DNA of 64,000 nucleotides from Candidatus Marinacidobacterales bacterium (GTDB taxonomy: Bacteria; Acidobacteriota; Vicinamibacteria; Marinacidobacterales; DATDRI01), in NCBI GenBank assembly GCA_965219415.1, contig OZ244742.1, positions 1,824,001 to 1,888,000 on the forward strand. The letters are read 5' to 3'. The notes beneath the pieces were generated by a model. That model saw only the letters and a program-made list of their open reading frames with translations, did not search any database and was not told the DNA's origin. Positions 33,200-43,577 of the stretch are shown piece by piece (within the stretch, counting starts at the first letter, position 1; the number at the start of each line of letters is the position of its first letter). A program made the translations under genes and the position numbers.

Positions 33200-34163
33200 G
33201 TTTCTCGCCGAGCGAACCCCAGTTACCATCGATGGAAAGGCCGTGGAGGGCATTCTCGACCGAGTTCACTTCATCTACCGTAACTTGAGGACTAGCGGTG
33301 TCATCGATCCCCCCCGTGACCTCGACTTGATATCGGCGACCCTGGGAGTGATCTTCTACTACCCGACGAGCGGTCTCCCACAGGAAGTCACTCTAGAGTG
33401 GGAGCTCTTCGACGATCGAATCGTGAGGGTTCCTGCGTCGGCGACCGACGAAGCCGGTGCGCTGCCGTACTTTCTCTTCCCCGACGACCCTGTCCTGAAG
33501 TGGCAGAACTTCCTCAAGAACCCGACGATCCCCGGTTTGGTGGAAGTCCAAGCGCCACCGACGCTCGGTAGGCTCTGGTTCGTTCTATTGACGCTTCTGA
33601 GTGTCGGCGGTTTGCTTTTTCTTGCCGTGCGGTATCGTAAGACCACGCCTCGCGGAAAGCTGCTTTCGTGGAAGCCCCTGACCGCGATGACCGGGGCGGT
33701 CGGATTGGTAGGACTCGGCATCTTCGCGATCCCCCAGGCGGTGAGCCCGTCTTATGTATCGGATGGTGATGCGGCCACGATCGTCACCGGCCTCCTCGAG
33801 AACATTTACCGCTCGTTCGACTACCGGGACGAGAGCGTGATCTACGACAGCTTGGAACGGAGCGCCACCGGCGAGCTGCTGACCGACATCTATTTGGAGA
33901 CTCGTCGCAGCCTGGAGCTCGAGAACCAAGGCGGTGCGCGTGCCAAAGTCAAGGAAATCGAGATGCTCGCGTCCAGCCAAGAACCGTTGCCAGGGGAAGT
34001 AGGTTTCATCGCTCTCTGCACGTGGAACGTCTCAGGCTCGGTGGGGCATTGGGGGCATATTCACCAGCGACGGAATCAGTATGAAGCTCGTGTCGTGGTG
34101 AAGGCGGTGGACGGAGCCTGGAAGATCACCGACCTAGAGTTCCTGCAAGAAGAGAGATTGTAG
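33180..34163 (+). CDS. Hypothetical membrane protein associated with metal ABC system (probably 5'-truncated)
   Basis: 327-aa ORF, two transmembrane helices, GSVGHWGHIH motif. Confidence 0.7.
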   Translation: MKKRVVEFLAERTPVTIDGKAVEGILDRVHFIYRNLRTSGVIDPPRDLDLISATLGVIFYYPTSGLPQEVTLEWELFDDRIVRVPASATDEAGALPYFLFPDDPVLKWQNFLKNPTIPGLVEVQAPPTLGRLWFVLLTLLSVGGLLFLAVRYRKTTPRGKLLSWKPLTAMTGAVGLVGLGIFAIPQAVSPSYVSDGDAATIVTGLLENIYRSFDYRDESVIYDSLERSATGELLTDIYLETRRSLELENQGGARAKVKEIEMLASSQEPLPGEVGFIALCTWNVSGSVGHWGHIHQRRNQYEARVVVKAVDGAWKITDLEFLQEERL

Positions 34164-34175
34164 TCGCCTTCGGAT

Positions 34176-34880
34176 ATGACTGAGCATGGTGCACCGGTCA
34201 TCCGGGTTACCGACCTCCAGTTCCGTTACGGCGAGGGGGATTTCCGACTCCAGGTCCCGAGTCTAGAGATCGCGAAAAATTCGAGCGCCGCCTTCATCGG
34301 TCCGAGCGGCTCCGGCAAGACGACGTTACTGCACCTGTTGACAGGCATCGTGCTGCCGGGGGCCGGCCGCATCGAATCGAGCGGTGTCGAGGTCACAGCC
34401 CTCTCGGACGCCGAACGACGCGATTTCTGTATTCGCCATGTCGGCTTGGTCTTCCAGGAGTTCGAGCTTCTCGAGTATTTGAGCGTACTGGACAACATTC
34501 TCCTTCCATACCGCATCAACCCCTCGCTTCGGTTAGAGCCTTCGGTTCGGGAGAGGGTGGAAAAGCTGGCGGAAGACGTCGGCATTCGTGACAAGCTGCA
34601 TCGCTACCCTCGGCAATTGAGCCAGGGGAAGCGCCAGCGGGTTGCGGTTTGTCGTGCGGTACTGCCCGAGCCGGTGCTGCTCTTCGCGGATGAGCCGACC
34701 GGGAATCTAGATCCCGCCAATACGACGCGGGTGTTGGACATTCTTTTCGGCTTCGCGGAGAGGAGTGGATCTACCCTCGTCACCGTAACTCACGATCACG
34801 AGCTACTCCCGCGATTCGAGCGCGTCGTGGATTTCAAGGAATTCCACGTCGCGGCGGCGCCCCAAAACCCACCGTCATGA
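34176..34880 (+). CDS. ABC transporter ATP-binding protein (LolD/MacB-type)
   Basis: GPSGSGKT, LSQG, DEPTGNLD, VTHD. Confidence 0.9.
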   Translation: MTEHGAPVIRVTDLQFRYGEGDFRLQVPSLEIAKNSSAAFIGPSGSGKTTLLHLLTGIVLPGAGRIESSGVEVTALSDAERRDFCIRHVGLVFQEFELLEYLSVLDNILLPYRINPSLRLEPSVRERVEKLAEDVGIRDKLHRYPRQLSQGKRQRVAVCRAVLPEPVLLFADEPTGNLDPANTTRVLDILFGFAERSGSTLVTVTHDHELLPRFERVVDFKEFHVAAAPQNPPS

Positions 34881-36058
34881 TCCAAACTCTTTACCTGGCG
34901 TGGCGATACCTCGCTTTCCATCGGCTCAAGACGGCGATCCTGGTCACCTCCATCACTCTGATCCTGTACGTACCGGTCGGGCTGCGAGTGCTGGTCGAGC
35001 AAAGCTCCCAGGAATTGACGGCGCGAGCCGTGGCTACCCCACTGGTGGTAGGCGCGAAAGGCAGTCCGCTGGAGCTGGTGCTCAACACGCTCTACTTCCG
35101 TGCCGAGATCCCAGAACCGATGCGTTACGGGGAGGCGGCACGGGTGGAGAGTTCCGGCCTTGCGCAAAGCATTCCGGTGTACGCCCGATTCCAATCGCGA
35201 GGCCATCCCATCGTGGGGACGACGCTGGACTATTTTTCGGCTCGCGGACTTGGTGTCACAGCGGGCCGCCCGCTCGCGATCTTGGGAGAGTGCGTCGTCG
35301 GCTCGCGAGCCGCGCGGGCTCTCGGCGTCCGGCCCGGAGATCATGTGATCTCTTCCCCGAAGAGCGTCTTCGATCTCGCGGGAATCTATCCACTCAAGAT
35401 GCCGGTCGTCGGGGTGCTGGCCTATTCGGATACTCCGGACGACGATGCCATCTTCGTCGACATCAAAACGACCTGGATAATCGAAGGCATCGGCCACGGG
35501 CACCAGGACTTGGCCAAACGCGAGGCAGCGCGAGCGGTCCTTTCCCGCGAGGGGAACCGGATCGTCGCCAATGCATCGGTCGTGCAATACAATGAGATAA
35601 CCGCCGACAATATCGACTCCTTCCACTTCCACGGCGATCTTTCCGGCTATCCGCTGACCGCGGTCATCGTGGTGCCAACCGATCAGAAATCATCGGCCTT
35701 ACTTCAGGGACGCTATCAAGGGGATGATGAGCCGGTCCAGGTCGTTCGCCCGGCAACCGTTATGGATGAGCTCTTGGGCACGATTCTCACGGTGCAAAAC
35801 TTCGTCGTCGCGGGTGCGGTGATCGTTGGGTTGGCAACGCTTGCTTCTGCGGCTCTCGTTTTCATGCTGTCTCTGCGATTACGGCGACGCGAGATCGAGA
35901 CCCTCTTCAAGATCGGGGGCTCCCGTCTAAGCGTCGGCGCCGTAATGGCTTCCGAGATTGTCGTCGTTCTTGTCACTGGAATCATTCTCGCCGGCGGGCT
36001 GACGGTGCTGACGAGTCAGTTCGGCTCGGCCGCGATCAGAGCTTTCATCCGAATGTAA
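34877..36058 (+). CDS. MacB/FtsX-type ABC permease with His-rich periplasmic motifs
   Basis: One TM, large periplasmic domain, C-terminal TMs with RRREI; GHGHQD and FHFHGD. Confidence 0.82.
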   Translation: MIQTLYLAWRYLAFHRLKTAILVTSITLILYVPVGLRVLVEQSSQELTARAVATPLVVGAKGSPLELVLNTLYFRAEIPEPMRYGEAARVESSGLAQSIPVYARFQSRGHPIVGTTLDYFSARGLGVTAGRPLAILGECVVGSRAARALGVRPGDHVISSPKSVFDLAGIYPLKMPVVGVLAYSDTPDDDAIFVDIKTTWIIEGIGHGHQDLAKREAARAVLSREGNRIVANASVVQYNEITADNIDSFHFHGDLSGYPLTAVIVVPTDQKSSALLQGRYQGDDEPVQVVRPATVMDELLGTILTVQNFVVAGAVIVGLATLASAALVFMLSLRLRRREIETLFKIGGSRLSVGAVMASEIVVVLVTGIILAGGLTVLTSQFGSAAIRAFIRM

Positions 36059-36071
36059 ACGGAAGGCAATC

Positions 36072-37028
36072 ATGCGATCTTGTTTAAGAAGTGTTGGGCC
36101 GGTGGTCCTCGGAGTCGCGTTACTTGGCTTGGCCTGTTCGGGCTCGAAGCCCGCCGACGAAACGACCGATGCGGAGACGTCGAGCCTAAACGACACGAAG
36201 CTCTTGGTCTACACGGTCAACTATCCGCTTCAATATTTCGCGGAGCGCATCGGAGGCGACCGAGTTCGCGTGGAGTTCCCGGCTCCCGCCGACGGAGATC
36301 CCGCGTCTTGGTCTCCCGACGCGGCGAACGTCGCCGCCTATCAAAAAGCAGACGTCATCCTTCTCAATGGAGCGGCCTACGCGAAGTGGACGGATCGGGT
36401 GACCTTGCCGTCGACGGCCCTGGTGAACACCTCGCGGTCCTTCGAGGAAGAGTACATCTTCATCGAGAACGCCGTCACGCACAGCCATGGTCCGGAGGGC
36501 GACCATAGCCACGGCGAAGCGGCTTTTACCACATGGCTCGATCCGACGCTGGCCATCCGCCAAGCCGATGCTATCCGCTCGGCTTTCGTCTCGGCAAGGC
36601 CGGAGCACGAGGCGACATTTCAGAAGGGTTTCACTTCCCTCGAGCGCGATCTCGTCGAGCTCGACGAGTCGCTCGAAGAGGTCTTCTCAGAAAATCAAAA
36701 ACCGCTTCTTGCTTCTCACCCCGTCTACCAATACTTCGCGCGGCGTTACGCGATCGATTTGCGAAGCGTCCACTTCGAGCCCGACGCTTATCCGGACGAG
36801 AAGAGCTGGCGTGGCTTGCGGGAGCTCATGGCCGAGCGTTCGGCGAGTCGGATGCTTTGGGAGGCGGAACCACTCGACAAAACTCGCAAAAGGCTCCAAG
36901 AGCTCGGCGTCGAGGTGGTGGTCTACGATCCGTGCGGCAACAAACCCGGGGCAGGCGATTTCCTAGCAGTGATGCAGAGAAACACCAATCAGCTTCGTGA
37001 GGCCTTCACCCTTTTGACCTCCGATTAG
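36072..37028 (+). CDS. Zn/Mn ABC substrate-binding lipoprotein (ZnuA/TroA-like)
   Basis: Lipobox LGLAC, NYPL, HSHGPEGDHSH loop, WLDP, SHPVYQY. Confidence 0.85.
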   Translation: MRSCLRSVGPVVLGVALLGLACSGSKPADETTDAETSSLNDTKLLVYTVNYPLQYFAERIGGDRVRVEFPAPADGDPASWSPDAANVAAYQKADVILLNGAAYAKWTDRVTLPSTALVNTSRSFEEEYIFIENAVTHSHGPEGDHSHGEAAFTTWLDPTLAIRQADAIRSAFVSARPEHEATFQKGFTSLERDLVELDESLEEVFSENQKPLLASHPVYQYFARRYAIDLRSVHFEPDAYPDEKSWRGLRELMAERSASRMLWEAEPLDKTRKRLQELGVEVVVYDPCGNKPGAGDFLAVMQRNTNQLREAFTLLTSD

Positions 37029-37781
37029 CGGGGACGCATCGATGGGACCGGTGGGCTGCGGGACGCCGCCCGCCGGTTCCTGGGTCACGGCGACCGTTAC
37101 CGCGCCTTCAAAGGCAGGCAAAGGCTCCGAGTCGAGGCGAGCGTTGCCAGTCGAGTCGACGCCGAAAGTCCCGACGCTCACCGGTGTGCCGTCTACGATG
37201 AGCCACAGCTGGTAGGTCCGGCCCGCCGGGGGAGCCGGAAGGTCGTACACGTAGAGGAAGAGTCGGCGATTCTCCGGATCGACGAACGCCCTCGCCTTGG
37301 CTCCAGGGGTCAGCCCTTGGCCCGCGAGGGACACGGTTTGGATATCGGGCGAGGTGAAGGCGCGGACCGAATCTTGGGCATGCGCGAGCTTCTCTTCCAG
37401 TTCGAAACGTGCACCCCTTTCCTGCTCGATGACTTGACGCATGGAGAGAACGTGGAGCGCCAACCCGGTTGTAAGGGCCACGCTCGCCGCGGTCGCCAGG
37501 GGAAGCCAAATTCCTCGCTGTGATCGTTGGGCGCTGCCACTCTCCGGCTGTTGGTCCTTCCGCACACGCGCAAGCAGTCGTTCCCGCACTCTAGCCGAGG
37601 GCGTGACCGGAGCGATCGCATGGACGAGATCGTCGGCTACGAGGCGCGCTTCGCGCAAGGCGGACTCACAAGCATCACAGCCGGAAGCAAGGTGAGACTC
37701 TAGCTTCTGGCGCTCCTGGTCATCGAGATTGCCAAGAGCGTAAACGGCAACTAACTCTTGGTATTCCTCGTGCCCCTTCAT
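36963..37781 (-). CDS. Anti-sigma factor, RskA-like with HxxxxCxxC zinc motif
   Basis: YALGNL, HLASGCDAC, TM helix, YQLWLI, AVTQEPAGG..PTGP. Confidence 0.85.
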   Translation of the reverse strand: MKGHEEYQELVAVYALGNLDDQERQKLESHLASGCDACESALREARLVADDLVHAIAPVTPSARVRERLLARVRKDQQPESGSAQRSQRGIWLPLATAASVALTTGLALHVLSMRQVIEQERGARFELEEKLAHAQDSVRAFTSPDIQTVSLAGQGLTPGAKARAFVDPENRRLFLYVYDLPAPPAGRTYQLWLIVDGTPVSVGTFGVDSTGNARLDSEPLPAFEGAVTVAVTQEPAGGVPQPTGPIDASPLIGGQKGEGLTKLIGVSLHHC

Positions 37782-38363
37782 GACGTACTCTCCACCCCGC
37801 GCAAACTCAGTTTGAGCTTGTCCATGGCCATCTTGATGCGGCTCTTGACCGTACCCAGCGGTTCGTCCAAGCGCTCGGCGATCTCTCGATGAGTCATCCC
37901 CTGATAGAAGGAGAGCTCTAGAGCCTGTCGCTGTGCGGACGGTAGTTGCCCTAGAGCCGTCAAGACATGACCACGACGCTCGGCAATGAATGCGCTTTCC
38001 TCCGGATTATCGGACGCCAGCGGCCCGGAGGAGTCAACCGGCAAGGGCTCGGTACGTGGTCTCCGCCGCTTGCTGCGTAGCCGATCCAAAGGATCGGCTA
38101 CGAGTAATGACGAAGAGCCACGTGCTGAAACGCCCCTGGGCGGGATCGTAGCGGAGCTTGGTCTTCCAGAGCTGCCAGAAAACGTCCTGCACGACTTCCT
38201 CCGCTTCCTCGACACTCCCCAATACGCGAAGCGCCAAGGCGTGGACATACCCACCGTAGCGATCGTAGAGAGTCTCCAAGGAAGAGATCTCCCCAGAATG
38301 AAGCCGAGACAGTAGTTCTCCGTCCGACAAATTGCTAATACGCCCTGCGAGATCTTCACTCAA
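37778..38363 (-). pseudogene. ECF sigma factor (SigK-like), frameshift near 38090
   Basis: LYDRY, AEEVVQDVF..LW in one frame; DRLR, GMTHREIA, PLGTVKSR in the other. Confidence 0.85.
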
Positions 38364-38446
38364 CGGGCGCCCTCAGAAGAAGATACGTCATCCTGTCCAT
38401 GTTGGATGGGTCCCGGCGCAGCGAATACAGCAACGTCTTCCGCCGA

Positions 38447-39103
38447 TCAAACTCGGCCAACCGCCAGCCCCTTATAAAGGTAGGATCCGACCCGCGGCCC
38501 ATCCATATAGACGTTCTCGATCCGCTCGAGCTCGAATCCAGCCTCTTGAACGATAGCGTCTATCTTGCGGTTGAGATGGCATCCGCCGCTATACAACCGG
38601 TGAAACGGCGTGAGACGGTCCTGCCAACGCGCCACATCCAGATCGCTAGAGCGGCCATGCTCCACGAAGTGGAAACGGCCTCCGGGTTTCAACACCCGCC
38701 CAATCTCCCGAAGTGCCTGCCCCGGCTCCGCGATCGTGCAGAGGGTCCAGGTGCAGACCGCGGCATCCACCGAATCCTCGGCGAGGGGAATTCTCTCTCC
38801 TTCGCGGTCCACGAACTCGACGAACTCGACAAACTCAACCGGGAATGGGCAATCCGCCAACCTCCCCGCCGCCAGCTTCCGTCCGAGCTTCGCCGGATCC
38901 AGCGCGTAGAGTTTTTTCACTTCCGAAGGGTAGTACGGCAGGTTGAGCCCGGATCCGAATCCGATTTCGAGCACGTCGCCGCTGACGCCTGTAAGGCAGT
39001 CTCGTCGATGCGGCCCGAACTCATCTCCAGCCATGAACCGGTTGATGATGCGGGGAAGAATCCGATCGGCGTAAAAGCCCACCCTACTCCTTCCGGTGCT
39101 CAT
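38447..39103 (-). CDS. Class I SAM-dependent methyltransferase
   Basis: VLEIGFGSG, WTLCTI, RVLKPGG, FVEHG. Confidence 0.88.
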   Translation of the reverse strand: MSTGRSRVGFYADRILPRIINRFMAGDEFGPHRRDCLTGVSGDVLEIGFGSGLNLPYYPSEVKKLYALDPAKLGRKLAAGRLADCPFPVEFVEFVEFVDREGERIPLAEDSVDAAVCTWTLCTIAEPGQALREIGRVLKPGGRFHFVEHGRSSDLDVARWQDRLTPFHRLYSGGCHLNRKIDAIVQEAGFELERIENVYMDGPRVGSYLYKGLAVGRV

Positions 39104-39869
39104 ACCCCGGGACCGACCACTGCCCGGCCATCCGATCTCTCATCGGGTGGTCCGTAAGATCGAGGTGCAGAGGAGTCACCGAGACCACACGATCCCGAAG
39201 CACAGCATTGCAGTCGCTCCCTGGGATGTCGTCGTGCTCATACTCACTGCCCCCAATCCAGTAGTACTTTCGCCCACGCGGATCTACTTTCTCGACGACA
39301 TCGAATCCGTACGTGTGTTTTCCCAGCTTGGTCACCACGTAGCCTTCTGGATCCACACCGGACGGAACATTCACGTTCAGCAACATGTTGGGTGGAAGAG
39401 GCCGACCCAGGGCGGCGGTCGCCAAGGAACGGGCAAAACGCGCCGATGGTTCGAAGTCGAAATCGTCGCGGCTGACCAAACTGAAGGCGATCGCCGGAAC
39501 CCCGAAGAGAGAAGCCTCCATAGCCGCCGCCACGGTGCCCGAATAGGTCACGTCATCCGCCATGTTCGGTCCGTGGTTGATGCCGGACACCATGAGCTGG
39601 GGACGGCGGTCTTTGAGGATGTGATTGATTGCCAGATACGAACAATCGGCGGGCGTACCGTCGACCGCGAGCCACCGCGGTCGGACCTCGCGAATGCGAA
39701 GCGGCCGATGTAGAGAGATCGCGTGCGAGGCCGCACTCTGCTGCGATTCCGGAGCGACGACCCACACCTCGCCGAGCGGTTCCATGGCACGGGCCAGCGC
39801 CTCCAAGCCCTCGGCCAGATATCCATCGTCGTTCGCGACAAGAATACGAGGTCGTTCCGAGGATTCCAT
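39084..39869 (-). CDS. surE: 5'/3'-nucleotidase SurE
   Basis: NDDG, GTPADC, SGINHG, YSGTVAAA, SVTPL. Confidence 0.95.
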   Translation of the reverse strand: MESSERPRILVANDDGYLAEGLEALARAMEPLGEVWVVAPESQQSAASHAISLHRPLRIREVRPRWLAVDGTPADCSYLAINHILKDRRPQLMVSGINHGPNMADDVTYSGTVAAAMEASLFGVPAIAFSLVSRDDFDFEPSARFARSLATAALGRPLPPNMLLNVNVPSGVDPEGYVVTKLGKHTYGFDVVEKVDPRGRKYYWIGGSEYEHDDIPGSDCNAVLRDRVVSVTPLHLDLTDHPMRDRMAGQWSVPGYEHRKE

Positions 39870-39911
39870 CAGGCGTTCATTGTACTCCGGACCGTGGTAT
39901 CTTCGGCGAGC

Positions 39912-41732
39912 ATGATCGTTTTGATAGTTATCGCGCTGCTCCAGGGTTCTATCGAACGCTCCATCCTCGAGACCGAGGATCGCCGTGCCGAAGACGTATC
40001 GGTAGTCTTGAGAGCTCTCGCGAGCTCCGACGCCGCTGTTCAGCGACTGGCGGTACGGACTCTCGGTCGATTGGAGCGGCCCCGATACGCCGATTCGGTG
40101 ACGCCACTCCTGCGTTCACCCGACCAGGCAGTTCGTCAGGAGGCGATCAACGCCCTCGGTCAAATGGGAACCCATTTCGATTTGAGTTTGCCGCTCGCCG
40201 ATGAGCCTGACGAGGAAGTTCGGGGCGTCTACTACGAAACCATTGGGAGACTCCCCAATGCCGACGAGCGGTTGCTCGTGAAAGGCCTTCAAGATCGTGG
40301 ATCGCATGCCCGCACCGGCGCGGCCAAAGGCTTGGAATCTTACTTCCGTCTGACCGGAAGTAAACCCCGGCTCGAAACGCTCCACGCGCTGCGCACCGCC
40401 CTCCGAACAAATGAGTCGCCCACGCTGCGCCAACTCGTCCTTTTGACGTTGAACCGTGCAGAAGATCGGGACATCGCGACACTGACCGCCGCCTTGGCCG
40501 ACAGCGATCCTTTGGTGCGGCGCCTGGCCGTCATCGGCCTCGCAGAACCGAAAGACGACCCCTCTCCCATGGTCCGTTACGAAAGCCTGAAGTTATCGAA
40601 AAGCTGCGCGCGGGCCGAGGAGGGCCTCCAAGATCCGAGCGAGCACATCGTTTTGTTGGCGATCGAGCACCTGGGAAACAACTGCTCCGCCGAGCTGCTC
40701 ACAAAGCTAACCGACGAAGGCAAAGACTGGCGACGACAAACGAGAGCACTCGTTGCCCTCGCCCGAGTGAACCCCGAACTGGCGCAAGCCCGTCTGCCGA
40801 AATTCCGCACCCATCCGTCCTGGCAAGCCCGCACCTATGCCGTGGCGGCCGCCAAGTTATTGAAAGACGCACAGACACTCGAGACCCTTCGGCGCGATGC
40901 ACATCCCAACGTCGTGACGGCAGCGCTGGTTGGCCGCGGAGACGCGTTGGCCGCCTTGGAGAGTCCCGACTATGGTTTGCTGATGGTCGCCCTGGAACGA
41001 CTGAAGGGCTGGTCTCAGGGTGGCACGGCCGTTCCTATTCTGCTCGAATCGCTAAAACGCGTGAGCGACCAGAAGCGCGCAACTTCGCGAGACCCGCGAC
41101 GACGAATGATGGAGCGACTGCGCGAGCACGGCGGCGAGAGCATCGGCGACAAGCTTCACTACCTCCTCTCGGATTTCGATCCGATCGTTGCAGCGCTCGC
41201 CGCGGAGATCATTTCCGAGAAGAGTGGACGCAACGTCTCACCGATCACGCTGCGCTTCGAAACAGAACCCTTGCCCTCGGCGAGCGTCCTCGAAGCTCTC
41301 GACGGCGCGCGGGCTCGAATTCGCATGAGGGACGCCGGAAGCTTCACCCTCGAGCTCATTCCCGAGGAGGCGCCGATCACGGTTGCAGCTTTCGCGCGCT
41401 TGGCCGAGCAGGGTTATTACGACGGGCTCACGTTTCACCGCATCGTCCCCAACTTCGTCATCCAAGGAGGCAGCCCGGGAGCCAACGAATACGTGGGAAC
41501 CGCCGGATACATTCGTGATGAGGTAGGTCTGGTGTCGCACGCTAGAGGAACGGTCGGAATATCGACACGCGGCCGTGATACGGGCGACAGTCAGATTTTC
41601 ATCAACTTGGTCGACAATTACCGTCTGGACCACAACTACACAGTCTTCGCGAGAGTCATAGACGGAATGCGCGCCGTAGACCGAATCCAGGAAGACGACA
41701 TCATCGAATCGATCGAGATCGCGAGAAAGTAG
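39912..41732 (+). CDS. HEAT-repeat protein with C-terminal cyclophilin-type PPIase
   Basis: HEAT repeats; FHRIVPNFVIQGG, DTGDSQIFIN. Confidence 0.85.
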   Translation: MIVLIVIALLQGSIERSILETEDRRAEDVSVVLRALASSDAAVQRLAVRTLGRLERPRYADSVTPLLRSPDQAVRQEAINALGQMGTHFDLSLPLADEPDEEVRGVYYETIGRLPNADERLLVKGLQDRGSHARTGAAKGLESYFRLTGSKPRLETLHALRTALRTNESPTLRQLVLLTLNRAEDRDIATLTAALADSDPLVRRLAVIGLAEPKDDPSPMVRYESLKLSKSCARAEEGLQDPSEHIVLLAIEHLGNNCSAELLTKLTDEGKDWRRQTRALVALARVNPELAQARLPKFRTHPSWQARTYAVAAAKLLKDAQTLETLRRDAHPNVVTAALVGRGDALAALESPDYGLLMVALERLKGWSQGGTAVPILLESLKRVSDQKRATSRDPRRRMMERLREHGGESIGDKLHYLLSDFDPIVAALAAEIISEKSGRNVSPITLRFETEPLPSASVLEALDGARARIRMRDAGSFTLELIPEEAPITVAAFARLAEQGYYDGLTFHRIVPNFVIQGGSPGANEYVGTAGYIRDEVGLVSHARGTVGISTRGRDTGDSQIFINLVDNYRLDHNYTVFARVIDGMRAVDRIQEDDIIESIEIARK

Positions 41733-41734
41733 GA

Positions 41735-43567
41735 ATGGGGTACCGCAGTCTTCGCGAGTGCATCCTCGACCTCGAGCAGAACCGCCACTTGGTCCGGGTG
41801 ACCGAGGAAGTCGATCCGCATCTCGAGATGGCGGAAATCCAGAGACGGGTTTACCAGGCGAAGGGGCCCGCGATTTTTTTCGAGAATGTAAAGAACTGCC
41901 GTTTTGCTGCCGTCTCGAACCTCTTCGGAACACTCGAGCGCAGCCGCTTCTTGTTCCGAGATGCGCTGGACCGCGTGACGCGGATCGTCCAACTGAAGGC
42001 AGATCCCTCCCGCGCGGTACGATCGCCACTTACCTTCCTGGCGTCGCCGTATACGGCGCTGACCTCCTTGCCGATGGAGGTGTCGGGCGGACCGGTGCTC
42101 GAGGAGACGACCACGGTCGACCAGCTACCCCAGATCACAAACTGGCCGGACGATGGTGGTCCGTTCATCACATTGGGCCAGGTCTATACCGAGAACCCCG
42201 ACCGCGGCGGTGTCATGAGCTCGAATCTCGGGATGTACCGAATACAGCTCGCGGGAAATCGGTACCGCGCCGGTAAGGAAGTCGGCCTTCACTACCAAAT
42301 CCACCGAGGAATCGGAGTGCACCACGCTATCGCCGTCCGGCGCGGAGAATCGCTCAACGTGAGCGTTTTCATCGGTGGCCCCCCGGCTCACACACTGGGA
42401 GCGGTGATGCCACTACCGGAGGGGCTTTCCGAGCTCTTGTTCGCCGGAATGCTCGGCGGAAGACGTTTTCGATACACGATGAGGGATGGCTTCGTCATCT
42501 CATCCGACGCAGACTTTTGTATCACCGGGACCATCGACCCGCAGCAAACTCTGCCCGAGGGACCTTTCGGAGATCACCTCGGTTACTACAGCCTCGCGCA
42601 CGACTTCCCGGTCCTCACGGTCGACAAGGTCTATCACCGCAGGAATCCCATCTGGCCATTCACCGTCGTTGGCCGCCCTCCGCAGGAGGACACGTCTTTC
42701 GGAGCACTGATCCATGAGATCACGCAACCGATGGTGCCGGTCGAGCTTCCCGGTGTGAAAGCCATTCACGCGGTGGACGCTGCGGGCGTCCATCCGTTGC
42801 TCCTCGCGATCGGAAGTGAGCGCTACGTCCCCTACGGTGAACGGAGGCCGCAAGAGCTCCTCACCATCGCCAATGCCCTACTCGGCTTCGGGCAATGCTC
42901 GCTGGCTAAGTACTTGTTCATCATTGCCGGTGAAGACGACCCGCAGATGGATATTCACGACATCGAGGCATTTCTTCGCCACATGTTGGAGCGGGTCGAC
43001 TGGACACGAGATCTCCACTTCCAAACCCGCACCACCATCGACACGCTAGATTATTCGGGCAGCGGGCTGAACGCCGGCTCTAAGCTCGTCGTCGCGGCGG
43101 CTGGACGTAAGAAGCGCGAGCTCGCGCACGAACTGCCGTCGCGCCTGGAGCTGCCGGATGGCTATACCGACAACAAGCTAGTGATGCCAGGAGTCCTCGT
43201 CGTGCAGGGACCCCGTTTCTCGGAATACGATCAGGCTACCAAGGAGCTGGAGGCCTTGACCAAGCGTCTCGACAAAGGCAGCGACCTAGAAAGTATCGCG
43301 CTTATCGTTTTGGCCGACGACGCCGAATTCGCCGCGGCGAGCCTACGCAACTTCCTTTGGCTGACGTTTACCCGCTCCAACCCTTCCCATGATATCCATG
43401 GAGTCGGAAGCTTCGTCGAGCACAAACACTGGGGCTGCCGCAAATCCTTGGTCATCGACGCGCGACTCAAGCCGCACCACGCTCCGCCACTCATGGAGGA
43501 GCCCGGTGTCGCGAAGACAGTCGATTCCCTAGCCGCCAAAGGCAAGAGTTTGCACGGGATCTGGTGA
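41735..43567 (+). CDS. ubiD: UbiD family decarboxylase (long form)
   Basis: NLFGT, NLGMYR, EGPFGDH, GRPPQED. Confidence 0.88.
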   Translation: MGYRSLRECILDLEQNRHLVRVTEEVDPHLEMAEIQRRVYQAKGPAIFFENVKNCRFAAVSNLFGTLERSRFLFRDALDRVTRIVQLKADPSRAVRSPLTFLASPYTALTSLPMEVSGGPVLEETTTVDQLPQITNWPDDGGPFITLGQVYTENPDRGGVMSSNLGMYRIQLAGNRYRAGKEVGLHYQIHRGIGVHHAIAVRRGESLNVSVFIGGPPAHTLGAVMPLPEGLSELLFAGMLGGRRFRYTMRDGFVISSDADFCITGTIDPQQTLPEGPFGDHLGYYSLAHDFPVLTVDKVYHRRNPIWPFTVVGRPPQEDTSFGALIHEITQPMVPVELPGVKAIHAVDAAGVHPLLLAIGSERYVPYGERRPQELLTIANALLGFGQCSLAKYLFIIAGEDDPQMDIHDIEAFLRHMLERVDWTRDLHFQTRTTIDTLDYSGSGLNAGSKLVVAAAGRKKRELAHELPSRLELPDGYTDNKLVMPGVLVVQGPRFSEYDQATKELEALTKRLDKGSDLESIALIVLADDAEFAAASLRNFLWLTFTRSNPSHDIHGVGSFVEHKHWGCRKSLVIDARLKPHHAPPLMEEPGVAKTVDSLAAKGKSLHGIW

Positions 43568-43577
43568 ATCGCCATAA

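Noticed and set aside
36963-37028. Functional convergent overlap of the anti-sigma and metal-binding protein genes
   Set aside because: The anti-sigma similarity ends at PTGP; the extension looks like read-through after loss of its native end
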